Positions 55,701-64,000 of a stretch of DNA of 64,000 nt are shown here, in pieces. The notes beneath the pieces were generated by a model. The model did not search any database. It was not told the origin of the DNA and was given only the letters and a program-made list of their open reading frames with translations. Source of the stretch: Mobula hypostoma (Eukaryota); assembly GCF_963921235.1 (NCBI RefSeq), contig NC_086117.1, forward strand, positions 18,166,001 through 18,230,000, given 5' to 3'. Positions within the stretch are counted from its first letter, which is position 1; each line of letters starts with the position of its first letter. Made by a program: the position numbers and the translations under genes.

Positions 55701-58700
55701 GCAAGAAGAGAGCATGGCCTGGATGGTGGAGGCCTTGTCGATGGGTATTTCCCATACCTGGAAGTCACTGACATAGGACAGCACTGGATGAGCAGAGATT
55801 TTTAACGTCAATTTCTCTCTGCATTTTTGCTTCTAGATGTTGATGAATGCAAGGAGTCGGGCAGCCCTCCTTGTCATCAGCGGTGCCTCAATGCCATTGG
55901 TACCTACTGGTGTGCGTGTGAGGCTGGTTACCAGCTCTTGGGGCAGCGTTGTGTCGGTGAGTATCTGCTCCATTTGCCAAAGTCTGTCTTCAATTCTGTT
56001 TTGATCTGTCCTTAATAAAGCTCCCAATAAAAATAGAAACTCACAGGCATTTATTCTGGGATGCACAGATCCACATGGACTGGACAACAGGGAACCCATG
56101 GTCAGTGCCAGAGTTGATGCTCCTCGCAAGCTTCCTCCCCTCAGTATATCCGTCTGATCCTTTTCCTCCAACATCCATTAATTGATTTAATTTAGAGATA
56201 CAGCCCAGGAACAGGCCCTTCCTGTGCAACAAGTCCTCACTGGCCCTGTGACCAATTAACCTACTAACCCATATGTCTTTAAAATGTGGGAAACCAGAGC
56301 ACCCAGACAGAACTGATGAAGTCACAAGGAGAATGTACAAGCGCCTTATAGACAGTGGCAGGAACTATCGCTACAGTAGAATAGCTCCTGTGACTGGGCT
56401 ATTGATTCCCAGCTATCATGACCATTGTCCTTTGTGTGTGATATGACCCTGACCACTGGAGTATTTCCCCTTGATTCCTACTGACTTGGGTGTTACCTTG
56501 GCTCTTTGTGCAACACCAGATCAAAAGCTCTCTCAATGTGATGCATATTTGACCCGAAGCCATGATACTTAATGGGGTCTCGAGTTGAGGATACTGAGAT
56601 ACACTTTTCCACCAGGATGGTCGAGCGAGTCATAAAGACCAGCATGGACCAGTTGGGCCGAATAGCCCATTTCTGTGCGGTATTAGCTATATAATCCTAC
56701 ACAGACGCACGAAAGAATTTAAAAGCAGAAACTGGGGTGTTGGATCAAAGACGAGCCTGAACCACCCTGGTCTTTCCAATCCCAGATATCAATGAATGCA
56801 ACATGAATGTCTGCCACCCAGACCAGGATTGCCAAAACACTGAGGGAGGGTACCACTGCACCGAGAGCTGTCCTCGCGGCACCATCCGGCTACCCAGTGG
56901 AACCTGTGGAGGTAAGTACCACGCCTCAGCTCTCCAGCCGTCAGTACAAGGCACTTCCCTGGTCCAACCACTCAGCTGTGTTTTGGCTTCATTTCTTTTT
57001 GTCCTGAATCTTTTTGCTACTGGTTTATATACTGAAATACAGTGAAAATCTTGTCTTGCATACTGCTCCCACAGATCAATTCATTACACAGTGCACAGAG
57101 GCAGAACAAGGTAAAACAATAACAACGCAGAAGGAAGTGTAACAGCTATGGAGAGCATGCAGTGCAGGTCAACAATGAAGCACAAGATCACAGCGAGGTA
57201 GACTGTGAGGCCTAGAGCCCACCCTATCGTACTTGGGCCCGCAATGAGGTGTTGCTGCCTTGAGGGAGTGGTCACACTGCTGCTCTCTATAATCTGCGGT
57301 TATTCAGGGCTGCTGTCCATACACAACATACACAGTCTCAGTCCTCCTGTTTGCTCACCGGCCTGTCCTCACTCTCCATCCGACAACGTCTCACGATTTC
57401 GAAGTTCAGCGTCCCCCGAGGTCTCCATCTCCCCTTCAACTCCACACTTCTGTGTTCCTCCAGTTTGGTCCTGCATGTCTAGTCCCATCGACCTGCACTT
57501 GTACTATCGGTCTCCATATCCCTCCCATCCATGCACCTATCCAAATCTCTCTTAAATGTTGAAAATGACCCACTTTTGCTGGCAGCTTGTTCCATAATCT
57601 CACCACCATGGATGAAAAAGTTCCTCCTCATGTTCCCCTTAAACATTTCATCTTTCATCCTTGACCCATGACCTCTAGTTCTAGTTTTACTCAGACTGCT
57701 TGCATTTATCCCAACTATACTCCTCATAATTTTGTACAGTATATGTCTATCAAATTTCCCCTCAATCTTTTACCTTCTAGGGAATAAATTCCTAACTTAT
57801 CCAATGTTTCCCTGTAACGTAGTTCCTTGAGTCCCAGGAACATCCTTGTAAATCTTCTCTACACTCTTTCAATCTTATTTCCATCTTTCCTGTAGGTAGG
57901 TGATCGGAACTGCACACAATACTCCAAATTAGGCCCCACCAACATTTTGTACAATTTCAACATAACATCCCACCATCATCGATTATGAAGGCCAATGTGT
58001 CAGAACTTTCTTTATGATCCTATTTAGCTGTGATGCCACTTTCAAGGAATTATGCATCAATGTTCCCAGATCCCTCTGTTCTATGGCACTGTTCAGTGCC
58101 CTACCACTCACCCTGTAAGACCTGCTGTACCCTGGTTGGTCCTCCCAAAGTGAAAAACCTCACACATTAAATTCCACCTGCCATTTCTCAGCCCATTTCA
58201 CCAGCTGGTCCAGTTCCTTTCAAGCTTTGATAGCCTTCCACGCTGTCCACTACATCCTCAATCTTAATGTCATCCACAGATTTGCTGATCTGGTCAACCA
58301 CGTTATTGTCCAGATCATTGATCTAGATCACAAACAACAATGGGCCCAACACCAATCCCTGTGACACACCACTAGCCACAGGCCACTAATCAGAGAGGCA
58401 ACGATCTACTACCACTGTCTGGCTTCTTCCTTGAAGCCAGTGTCTAATCTAATGTACTACCTCATCTTGAACGGCAAGCAACTGAACCTTATTGACCAGC
58501 ATCCCATGCGGGACCTTGTCAAAGGCCTTGCTGAAGTCCATGTAGACAACATCCACTGAGTTGTATTCATCAACTTTCCTGGTAACTTCCTCGAAAAATT
58601 CAGTAAGATTAGTTAGACATGACTAAGCACATACAAAGCCATGTTGACTAATTCTAATCAGTCCCTGTCTATCCAAATAATTATATATCTGGTCTCTTAG

Positions 58701-61700
58701 AATACCAGCCTATAATTTCCTGGCCTATTTTTAGAACCTTTCTTAAACAATGGAACCACAACTAACCTCCAATCCTCCAGCAGCTAAGGATTCTTTAAAT
58801 ATCTCTGCTAGGACTCCTGCAGTTTCTGCACTGGCCTCCCACAGGGTCCAAGGGAGGACATTGTCAGGCCCTGGAGATTGGTCCACCCTAATCTGCCTCA
58901 AAACAGCAAGACCTCCTCCTCTGTAATCTACATGGGGTCCATGACCTTGATGCTGCATTCCCCCACATCTATAGACTCTGTGTCCGACTCCCAAGTAAAT
59001 ACAGATGCAAAAAATCCATTTACAATCCTCATCTCTTTCAGCTCCATTCTGATCTTCCAGAGCATCCATTTATTCCTTTCTATTCTTTTGCTCTTAATAC
59101 ATCAGTAGAACCCATAGGATTCTTCTTCTCCTTGTCTGCTAGAGCAAACTCACATCTTCTTTTAGCCTTCCTGATTTCCTTCTTAAGTGTTCTCTTGCAT
59201 TTCTTATACTCCTCAAGTACCTCATTTGTTCCTGCCTGACTATACCTGCTATAAGACTCCTTTTTCTTAACCAGGGCCTCAATATCTCTTGAAAACCAAG
59301 ATTCCCTAAACCTGTTATCCTTCCCTTTTATTCTGACAGGAACACACAAATCCTGTACTCCGAAACTTTCACTTTTGAAGGCCTCCCACTTACCAGGCAC
59401 ACCTTTGCCGGGAAACAACCTGTCCCAATCCACACTGGCCATATCCTTTCTAATATTATCAAAATTGGCCTTCCTTCAATTTAGAATCTCAACCCGAGGA
59501 CTAGATCTCTCCTTTTCCATAATTACCTTGAAACTAATGGCATTATTATCACTAGAAGCAAAGTGCTCCCCTACGCAAACTTCTGTCACCCGCTCTCTCT
59601 CATTCCCTAATAAGAAAATTACTTTTGCACTCTTTCTAGTTGGGATTTCTGTGTACTTATTGAGGAAACTTTCCTGAACGCATTTGACCAACTGTTTCCC
59701 ATCCAGCCTTTTACAGTATGGAAGTCCAAGCCAATAGGTGGAAAGTTAAAACCACCTACATTACTGTCACAACCTTGTGTTTCTTGCAACAATCTGCAAT
59801 CTCTCGACAAATTTGCTCCTCTAAATCCTCCAGACCGCTGAGTGGTCTATAATATAATTCCATTAATGTGTCCGTACCTTTCTTATTCCTTAGTTCTACC
59901 CATAAAGCTTCACTGGACAAGTTCTCCAGTCGGTTCATGACATTTTCCCTGTCTAGTAATGCCACCCCTCCCCTATTAGTTCCTCCTGCTCCATCATGTC
60001 CAAAAATATCGGAACCCTGGAACATTGAGCTGCCAGTCCTGCCCCTCCTGCATCCAAGTCTCATTAATGGCTACAATGTCATAATTCCACATGCTGATCC
60101 ATGCCCTAAGCTCATCTGCCTTTCCTACAATTCTCCTTGCATTGAAATATACACAGCTCAGAACATTCGTCCCACCTTGCTCAACCTTTTGATTCCTGAC
60201 TTTGTATGTCGGGTAAACATCTTTCTCCACAACCTCTCCACTATCTGTTCTGCCACTCTCGTTCCCAGCCCCTTGCAATTCTACTTTAAAACACCCATGC
60301 AGTCTAGCTAACCTTCCCTCTAGGATATTAGTCCCTCTCCAGTTCAGGTGCAAACTATCCCTTCTGTACAGGTCCCACCTTCCCTGGAAGAGAGCCCAAT
60401 GATCCAAAAACCTGAAGCCCTCCTTCCTGCACCAACTTCTTAGCCACACGTTAAATTGTATGATTTTCTATTTCTGGTCTCACCAGCGCGTAGCACGGGT
60501 AGCAATCCTGAGATCACAAACCTGGAGGTCCTGTCCCTTAACTTAGCACCTAACTCACTGAAATCACTTTGCAGGACCTCGTCACTCCTTCTACCCATAG
60601 TATTGGTACCAACGTGAACCAAAGCCTCTGCTGATCAGCATCCCACTTCAGAATCCTGCGGACTCGATCAGGGATGGCCCTGACCCTGGCACGTGGGAGG
60701 CAACAAACCATCCGGGAATTTCATTCTTTCTGTTTGCCTAACCAATGAATCCTCTATCACTGCTAGTTGCCTCTTCTTTCCGCCCCCCACTTCCCTTCTG
60801 AGCTAAGAACATAAGAAATAGGAGCAGTTGGCCATCTGGCCTGTTGAGCTGCTCCGCCATTCAATAAGATCATGGCTGACCTGACCTCCTTTCTCTGCTA
60901 AGTCAGTCCCCCCAGCAGTATCTAAAGTGTCTAAGCAGTATAACCGTTATTGAGGAGAATGGCCACAGGGGTACTCTGCACTGGCTGCCTAAAGCCTATT
61001 TCCCCCTCCTGATGGTCACCCAGTTACCTGTGTCCTGCACTTTGGGTGTGACTACCTCCCTGTCTATCAACCCCCTCAGATTCCCGAATGATCTGCAGTT
61101 CAGCCAGTTCCAGCTCCAGCTCCTTAACACGGTCTGTTAAAAACTGCAGCTGGATGCACTTCTTACAGGTGTAGTCACCAGGGACGCAGAAGGTCTCCCT
61201 GCCTTCCCACATCCCGCTGGAGAAGCATTCCACTATCCTTTCTGGCATTCCCACTGCTCTAAATGTGCATTAAACAATAAAGAAAGAATAACTAATGAAA
61301 AAGATCTACCTATGGCCTACACTCCTCCTTGCCAAAGCCTCAACTCCCCACTCTAACACTGGTCCACTCACACAATAGCCGCTCTGCTTAAACCTAACTT
61401 CTTTTTATTGGACCTTACCAAATGCCTAATTTTGCACAATCCAATGTCTCCTGGAGACTGTGGCACACAAAATGCGTCAAATTCTCCCATTCACTTCTTT
61501 TAAACTCTCTCTCCCTCTGAGCAATCGGGTGTCTCCTCAGGACTGTGCTTGTTTCAGTTTGTCAAGCCTATGCAACAGGGAGTGGGAATATTCGGCCCAT
61601 CAAGTTTATGCCAGCTCACAGGGCAATCCTATTTTCCACATTAATTTCCCCAGTTGTCTCTCCCATCAACTCCCCCAGATAATAGGTCCGTAGCCGAGCA

Positions 61701-63555
61701 GTGGTGTAGTGGCATCAGCACGGGACTTTGAAGCGAATGATCCTGGGTTCGAATCCGGCCGGATCCTTGCACGCTTCCCATCCATGTTGGGTTGAGCGTC
61801 GAGCTAGCAACTCAGCTTCAGAAAAGAAAAGTCAAATGCTACAGGAATGTCAAAAATGCCGCCCGATGCATGAACAGGAACAGCAACAACGATAATAGGT
61901 CTAGTTTACAGTGTTTGATGAGCTTAATGTGTACATCTTTGGAGTGTAGGGCATAATTGGTTTGTTATGAGATACACTGAGATACAGAGAAGGGAACGCA
62001 TGCAAGTCACAGGGAGAACATGCAAACTCCACATGGACAGCACCTGAAATCAGGGATGAACGCAGGTCTCTGGCACTGTAAGGCAGTGGTTCTATTTACT
62101 GCACATTGTGCAAGCTGATAGACTCATAGAGTAATAGAAAAGTACAGCCCTACCTGTAAGACCTACCCTGGGCTAACTAATCCCACCTTTTACCTTTCAG
62201 CCACTGAGGAATGTGGATCATTCCTGTCCACCGAGCCTTTGTCTCTCCTACATCCCTCTCAGCCTCTTCTGCTCCAACAAAAACAACTTCAGCCCAGCCG
62301 GACATCTCCATTGCTGACAACAGCCTTGTTCATCTCTGCATCCTGCCCACGGTTAGTCTTGTTACTGTGTGGTCACCAGAACTGCACAAGATGGGCTTGG
62401 CTCTCTATACTTCCACCATCGTGTTCCTGCTCTCATGCTCTAAGGCCATATGGCCTTTGATTATTGGAATGGAAGCGCAGGAGACCGCATTTGCTGGAAT
62501 CTGCCCACCCCACCTCCCATATTGGGCTCCAGACTTCAACTGCATATCCAATCAGATTCCAGTCCTTTGTTGCCTCCACCTATCACCTGCCGGCCTCTGT
62601 TGCTATTCCCGTTCTTCCCTCCTCCATCCTCCTCCCAGCCATCTCACCCAGATCCACACATCACTTGCAGGCTCGTGCTCCACCCCTTCCCCATAAGACC
62701 ATAAGACAAAGGAGCAGAATTTGGCCGATCGAGTTTGTTCTTGGCTGATTTATTATCCCCCTCTATCCCATTCTCCGGCCTCCTCCAGGTAACCTTTGAT
62801 GCCCTGACTAATCAAGAGCCCTTCAACTTTCACTGTAAACATAGCCAATGACTTGGCCTCCACAGCCATCTGTGGCAATGAATTCCACAGATTCACCCAC
62901 CCTGTGGTTGAAGAAATTCTGCCTCACCGCTGTTCCTACGGGACATCCTTCAATTCTGAGGCTGTGGCCTCTGATCAGAGACCCCGCCAGTAGGGGAAAC
63001 ATCCACTCTATCTAGCTCTTTCAATATCCGATGGGTTTTAATGCACTCCCCCCTCATTCTTCTAAACTGTAATGACTGTACCATCAAACTTTCTTCTTGT
63101 GTTAACCCTTTCATTCCCAGGATCATTCTCGTGAACCTCCTCTGGATCCTCTCCAGTGCCAGCACATGCTCTCTTAGATCAGGAGTCCAAAACTACTCAC
63201 AGTGCTCCAAGTGCAGTCATGCCAATGCCTTATAAAGCCTCAGGATTATATCCTCGCTTTTATTTCCCTTCTGCTTTTATACTGGCCGTCTGCTCTGTCT
63301 CCATCAGTCCTAGTACGAGGACTACCCATCTCCCTCCACAGATGCTGCCTGACGCTCTGTGCTCTTCCAGCACCTCGTTCGTGGCTCCTTCCTTCCGGGT
63401 TCTCTCACTGATATTCCTTTCCATAGACGTTGACGAGTGCAAAGGAGGGACCCACATGTGCCGCTACAACCAGAAGTGTGAGAACACGGTGGGCAGTTAC
63501 CGCTGCAGTTGCCCTCGGGGCTACCGATCGCAGGGCGTGGGAAGACCATGTCTGG
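2773..63555 (+). CDS. hmcn2: Hemicentin gene model, partial 3' part, 23 exons (HMCN2-like, carrying HMCN1-like TSP1 repeats): Ig x7, TSP1 x3, G2F, cbEGF x4
   Basis: Exons join in frame via GT-AG sites: 2773-2937,3232-3339,7180-7317,9126-9254,12879-13148,14669-14859,18206-18419,21666-21794,24715-24905,26895-26976,30721-30990,33446-33616,37624-37794,39632-39802,43062-43211,44055-44192,46094-46215,48647-48884,49834-49893,53995-54129,55837-55956,56786-56911,63427-63555. The Ig-TSP1-G2F-EGF order is diagnostic of hemicentin. [28 protein letters not shown] and ETEALRF favour HMCN2 over HMCN1 (recalled sequences; paralog call about 0.7). Confidence 0.9.
3232..3339 (+). CDS. hmcn2: Hemicentin exon, Ig domain A C-half
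   Basis: tctag|ga...caag|gtaaat; [36 protein letters not shown]. Confidence 0.93.
4340..4635 (+). mobile_element. tRNA-derived SINE
   Basis: B-box-like gggttcaatttcc, body shared with many copies in the window, tail aaagctaatctttaaatct. Confidence 0.7.
4906..5400 (+). mobile_element. Non-autonomous Tc1-derived element
   Basis: agtggccactt ends and a remnant transposase N-terminus ([13 protein letters not shown]...[12 protein letters not shown]); other copies at 15058-15640, 32186-33260, 54540-55066. Confidence 0.8.
6264..6817 (-). mobile_element. Short non-LTR retroposon (RTE-associated SINE-like), inserted in another repeat
   Basis: Flanked by direct repeat acacgtat; interrupts the caagttcaagttcaag-tailed repeat; family call tentative. 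Confidence 0.55.
7180..7317 (+). CDS. hmcn2: Hemicentin exon, Ig domain B N-half
   Basis: ttgcag|aa...aaag|gtgagg; [46 protein letters not shown] (frame absent from ORF track). Confidence 0.92.
9126..9254 (+). CDS. hmcn2: Hemicentin exon, Ig domain B C-half
   Basis: ttccag|ga...caag|gtaacg; [43 protein letters not shown]. Confidence 0.92.
9509..10949 (+). mobile_element. Tc1/mariner DNA transposon (IR/DR type), defective
   Basis: About 212-bp terminal inverted repeats (9509-9722 and 10739-10949, caaaccccatttcc...ggaaatggggtttg) with TA on both flanks; transposase inside. Confidence 0.95.
9741..10732 (+). pseudogene. Tc1 transposase, frameshifted, DD34E with E to G
   Basis: ORFs 9741-10049 (HTH, GRKP) and 10004-10732 ([21 protein letters not shown]); 34 residues from the second D to the gga codon at 10544. 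Confidence 0.92.
11045..11455 (-). mobile_element. Interspersed SINE-like repeat
   Basis: Second copy at about 30205-30630 with high similarity. Confidence 0.7.
12879..13148 (+). CDS. hmcn2: Hemicentin exon, Ig domain C
   Basis: ttcag|tg...caag|gtgaga; [28 protein letters not shown]...[25 protein letters not shown], 270 nt. Confidence 0.95.
14669..14859 (+). CDS. hmcn2: Hemicentin exon, Ig domain D N-part
   Basis: gcag|tt...atg|gtaggt; [30 protein letters not shown]...GELIVENAM; phase 1-0. Confidence 0.93.
15058..15640 (-). mobile_element. Non-autonomous Tc1-derived element
   Basis: Reverse-complement copy of 4906-5400; ORF 15318-15506 reads [28 protein letters not shown]. Confidence 0.8.
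17625..17940 (+). mobile_element. Old DeuSINE (SacSINE1/AmnSINE1-like) remnant
   Basis: ctgtcagaggtactttctttcagatgggatgttaa...aaagatcccatagctctgttttgaagg resembles the Deu domain (recalled); related pieces near 5990-6120 and 15720-15790. Confidence 0.55.
18206..18419 (+). CDS. hmcn2: Hemicentin exon, end of Ig D and start of Ig E
   Basis: cccag|cca...acag|gtaagt; [18 protein letters not shown]...[27 protein letters not shown]...NNKPIT; phase 0-1. Confidence 0.94.
19985..20400 (-). mobile_element. CR1 LINE 3' fragment
   Basis: ORF 20192-20395 [28 protein letters not shown] is the CR1 ORF2 C-terminus. Confidence 0.85.
21180..21545 (-). mobile_element. SINE-like retroposon with (GAT)n-type tail
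   Basis: Same family as 44790-45170 and 51684-52115. Confidence 0.7.
21666..21794 (+). CDS. hmcn2: Hemicentin exon, Ig domain E C-half
   Basis: AAG acceptor (gaaag|ct), donor aaag|gtaaga; [43 protein letters not shown]; 5' boundary inferred from frame. Confidence 0.88.
22745..22940 (+). mobile_element. tRNA-derived SINE
   Basis: A box tagcatagctg, B box gagttcaattcc, shared body; tail-to-tail with the next copy. Confidence 0.7.
22945..23376 (-). mobile_element. tRNA-derived SINE with internal tandem expansion
   Basis: Reverse SINE body (gggaggaaaccggagcacccagaggaaacc) containing the 40-bp array. Confidence 0.75.
23021..23220. repeat. 40-bp minisatellite, 5 copies
   Basis: Unit ccccagcctaatcacagggcaatttacaatgaccaattaa, nearly identical copies. 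Confidence 0.95.
24125..24600 (-). mobile_element. CR1 LINE 3' fragment
   Basis: ORF 24145-24342 [19 protein letters not shown]. Confidence 0.8.
24715..24905 (+). CDS. hmcn2: Hemicentin exon, Ig domain F N-part
   Basis: ctcag|ag...gtg|gtgagt; [31 protein letters not shown]...[10 protein letters not shown]. Confidence 0.94.
25010..25430 (-). mobile_element. CR1 LINE 3' fragment
   Basis: [33 protein letters not shown] in ORF 25110-25613. Confidence 0.8.
25575..26440 (-). mobile_element. Penelope-like element fragment (GIY-YIG C-terminus plus 3' region)
   Basis: [29 protein letters not shown] motif; purine-rich 3' region ending in the ctgctggaaatccagag tail. Confidence 0.75.
26895..26976 (+). 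CDS. hmcn2: Hemicentin exon, Ig domain F C-part
   Basis: gacag|aat...caaa|gtaagt; [27 protein letters not shown]. Confidence 0.93.
28229..28759. mobile_element. 531-bp non-autonomous hAT transposon
   Basis: TIRs tagggttgcca / tggcaaaccta, perfect 8-bp TSD actgtgtt, subterminal tgtccc repeats. Confidence 0.9.
29165..29945 (-). mobile_element. Penelope-like element fragment
   Basis: [45 protein letters not shown] in ORF 29536-29835. Confidence 0.8.
30721..30990 (+). CDS. hmcn2: Hemicentin exon, last Ig domain (G)
   Basis: ggcag|gt...caag|gtggga; [30 protein letters not shown]...[25 protein letters not shown]. Confidence 0.95.
31330..31960 (+). mobile_element. CR1 LINE ORF2 internal fragment
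   Basis: [13 protein letters not shown] and [27 protein letters not shown]. Confidence 0.75.
32406..33020. mobile_element. hAT-like foldback MITE carrying a LINE fragment, nested in a Tc1-derived element
   Basis: cagtggtccccaacc / ggttggggaccactg ends; inverted arms of about 120 bp (32406-32523 vs 32885-33020); core 32525-32720 is a Rex/Babar-like RT remnant. Confidence 0.85.
33446..33616 (+). CDS. hmcn2: Hemicentin exon, TSP1 repeat (matches HMCN1 repeat 1)
   Basis: cccag|tg...caag|gtaaat; [57 protein letters not shown]; 171 nt, phase 1-1. Confidence 0.95.
33767..33794 (-). promoter_or_regulatory. Predicted CTCF site with upstream motif
   Basis: Minus strand gtTGCAGTtcaggCCAGTAGATGGCGCt: core fits CCASYAGRKGGCRS, TGCAG upstream; non-repetitive context. 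Confidence 0.65.
34375..34995 (-). mobile_element. Penelope-like element fragment, young
   Basis: [58 protein letters not shown]; includes (TAAA)n at 34731-34762. Confidence 0.85.
35362..35449 (+). pseudogene. Fossil TSP1 exon (repeat 2)
   Basis: ccctgtcag acceptor, then in phase 1 [16 protein letters not shown], an internal deletion/frameshift, then NCSNPLPEF; in-frame TGA, 3' half and donor gone. Confidence 0.75.
36418..37050 (-). mobile_element. Rex1/Babar-like LINE 3' fragment
   Basis: [25 protein letters not shown] motif and cagaatc-type tail; related fragments at 34060-34370, 35485-35965, 37320-37600, 55305-55740, 63615-64000. Confidence 0.7.
36629..36997. repeat. 41-bp minisatellite, 9 copies
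   Basis: Unit gagaaacgggaagagggcatgttccggatagcgagggtcct. Confidence 0.97.
37052..37318 (+). mobile_element. tRNA-derived SINE
   Basis: A box tgtagtggttag, B box ggttcgattcc, shared body, aatgaataaa tail. Confidence 0.85.
37624..37794 (+). CDS. hmcn2: Hemicentin exon, TSP1 repeat (matches HMCN1 repeat 5)
   Basis: ggcag|tg...ccag|gtgaat; [57 protein letters not shown]. Confidence 0.95.
38240..38648 (+). mobile_element. Penelope-like element 3' fragment, inverted relative to 34375-34995
   Basis: Reverse complement closely matches 34400-34825. Confidence 0.85.
39632..39802 (+). CDS. hmcn2: Hemicentin exon, TSP1 repeat (matches HMCN1 repeat 6)
   Basis: ggcag|tg...ccag|gtgtgt; [57 protein letters not shown]. 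Confidence 0.95.
40170..40395 (-). mobile_element. tRNA-headed CORE-like SINE
   Basis: Minus strand has B-box-like agttcgagcct and ccttgagcaaggcacttaacc. Confidence 0.55.
40798..42795 (-). mobile_element. CR1 LINE, 5'-truncated 2-kb copy with well-preserved RT
   Basis: ORFs 42599-42874, 41947-42591, 41166-41993, 40890-41165: [45 protein letters not shown]; a few frameshifts. Confidence 0.95.
43062..43211 (+). CDS. hmcn2: Hemicentin exon, G2F (nidogen G2) domain part 1
   Basis: ttgcag|gt...atcg|gtaggt; [50 protein letters not shown]. Confidence 0.92.
43745..43870. repeat. Degenerate (CT)n microsatellite
   Basis: Direct inspection. Confidence 0.85.
44055..44192 (+). CDS. hmcn2: Hemicentin exon, G2F domain part 2
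   Basis: ttctag|gc...acag|gtgagt; [46 protein letters not shown]. Confidence 0.93.
46094..46215 (+). CDS. hmcn2: Hemicentin exon, G2F domain part 3
   Basis: ctcag|gc...aag|gtgagt; [41 protein letters not shown]. Confidence 0.93.
46845..47885 (-). mobile_element. CR1 LINE 3' fragment
   Basis: [19 protein letters not shown] and [19 protein letters not shown]. Confidence 0.88.
48647..48884 (+). CDS. hmcn2: Hemicentin exon, G2F domain part 4
   Basis: catag|gat...aaag|gtgagc; [22 protein letters not shown]...CNHTVVYE...[15 protein letters not shown]. Confidence 0.93.
49834..49893 (+). CDS. hmcn2: Hemicentin 60-nt linker / half-EGF exon
   Basis: tttcag|at...gcag|gtaagt; [20 protein letters not shown]; phase 1-1. 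Confidence 0.88.
50820..51450 (-). mobile_element. CR1 LINE 3' fragment
   Basis: Same 3' end as the 19985 and 46845 copies. Confidence 0.75.
51684..52115 (+). mobile_element. Complete SINE-like retroposon with 12-bp TSD
   Basis: TSD atcttgtcacct (51672-51683 and 52116-52127), (GAT)n tail, nested in a CR1 tail. Confidence 0.85.
52680..52779 (+). pseudogene. Fossil cbEGF exon (first EGF after G2F)
   Basis: ttacccag acceptor; [11 protein letters not shown], frameshift, C-P-TGFPL, then aac tga aga g (N-C*-R); DxDEC start and GT donor lost. Confidence 0.65.
52930..53212 (+). mobile_element. tRNA-derived SINE
   Basis: ggtagcgtggcggttag A box, shared body, aaaataaaa tail. Confidence 0.75.
53995..54129 (+). 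CDS. hmcn2: Hemicentin exon, cbEGF
   Basis: ggcag|at...gaag|gtactg; [45 protein letters not shown]. Confidence 0.94.
54540..55066 (+). mobile_element. Non-autonomous Tc1-derived element
   Basis: Copy of the 4906-5400 family ending in the cactcagtggccacttt...aagtggccacagagtg palindrome. Confidence 0.8.
55837..55956 (+). CDS. hmcn2: Hemicentin exon, cbEGF
   Basis: ttctag|at...gtcg|gtgagt; [40 protein letters not shown]. Confidence 0.94.
56786..56911 (+). CDS. hmcn2: Hemicentin exon, cbEGF
   Basis: cccag|at...ggag|gtaagt; [42 protein letters not shown]. Confidence 0.94.
57470..61440 (-). mobile_element. Near full-length decayed CR1 LINE (ORF1 Zn-finger/SGNH esterase plus ORF2 APE-RT)
   Basis: ORF1: [35 protein letters not shown]; ORF2: [39 protein letters not shown]; many stops and frameshifts. 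Confidence 0.92.
61689..61890 (+). mobile_element. Complete tRNA-derived SINE with (CAA)n tail and 11-bp TSD
   Basis: A box tggtgtagtgg, B box ggttcgaatcc, TSD gataataggtc; related minus-strand copy at about 27300-27470. Confidence 0.88.
62690..63245 (-). mobile_element. CR1 LINE 3' fragment
   Basis: [24 protein letters not shown] in ORF 62950-63165. Confidence 0.8.
63427..63555 (+). CDS. hmcn2: Hemicentin exon, cbEGF
   Basis: catag|ac...ctgg|gtgagt; [43 protein letters not shown]; gene continues beyond the window. Confidence 0.95.
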
Positions 63556-64000
63556 GTGAGTAGCTGAGAGCAAGTGAGCGGGGAGGAGGAGGTGGGAAAC
63601 GATCTCCCCAGTTATGCATAAGTTCAGGTCATCTATTGTCATCTGACTGTACATACATACAACCAAACAAAACCGTGTTCCTCCGGGACAGGGTGCACCC
63701 ACACGACATCTGTCACACGCAGCACATCAGTCACAATATTAACATAAATAAGTTAATAAAATATAAATTAAAATGCATGCAATGCACCGTAGAGATAAAC
63801 GGTAAACATCTCGCTGTCCTAGTGATCAGACCTCAATGGTGGCTGGGTATTCAATCGTCCCACAACCCGAGGGAAGAAGCCAGTCTGACAGTCTGAGCCC
63901 TGCTGGTCCGGTACCTCCTTCCTGACAGTAGTGGGTCAAAGAGATTGTGGGATGGATAGTGGGGATCCTCAATAAAACTTCGGGCTCTTCATATACGACA

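Overview
Eukaryotic, repeat-rich vertebrate DNA; the repeat families suggest a cartilaginous fish (inference). The whole window lies inside one + strand gene, the 3' part of a hemicentin that looks most like HMCN2 but has HMCN1-like TSP1 repeats. I traced 23 GT-AG exons (2773-63555, 3618 nt, 1206 codons, one open frame; start and stop lie outside the window). They encode 7 Ig domains, 3 TSP1 repeats, a nidogen G2F domain and 4 calcium-binding EGF repeats. Introns hold CR1 LINEs (one near full length), Penelope-like and Rex1/Babar-like fragments, tRNA/Deu/CORE SINEs, hAT MITEs, a decayed IR/DR Tc1 transposon and two TE-derived minisatellites. The main discovery is a set of decayed exon fossils exactly where domains are missing relative to the HMCN1 layout: a TSP1 repeat-2 fossil (35362), weaker repeat-3 and repeat-4 traces (36116, 36373) and a cbEGF-1 fossil (52680). 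Nearby are a CTCF site with upstream motif and an inverted Penelope pair bracketing the lost-exon zone. Human HMCN1/HMCN2 comparisons are from memory and need database confirmation.
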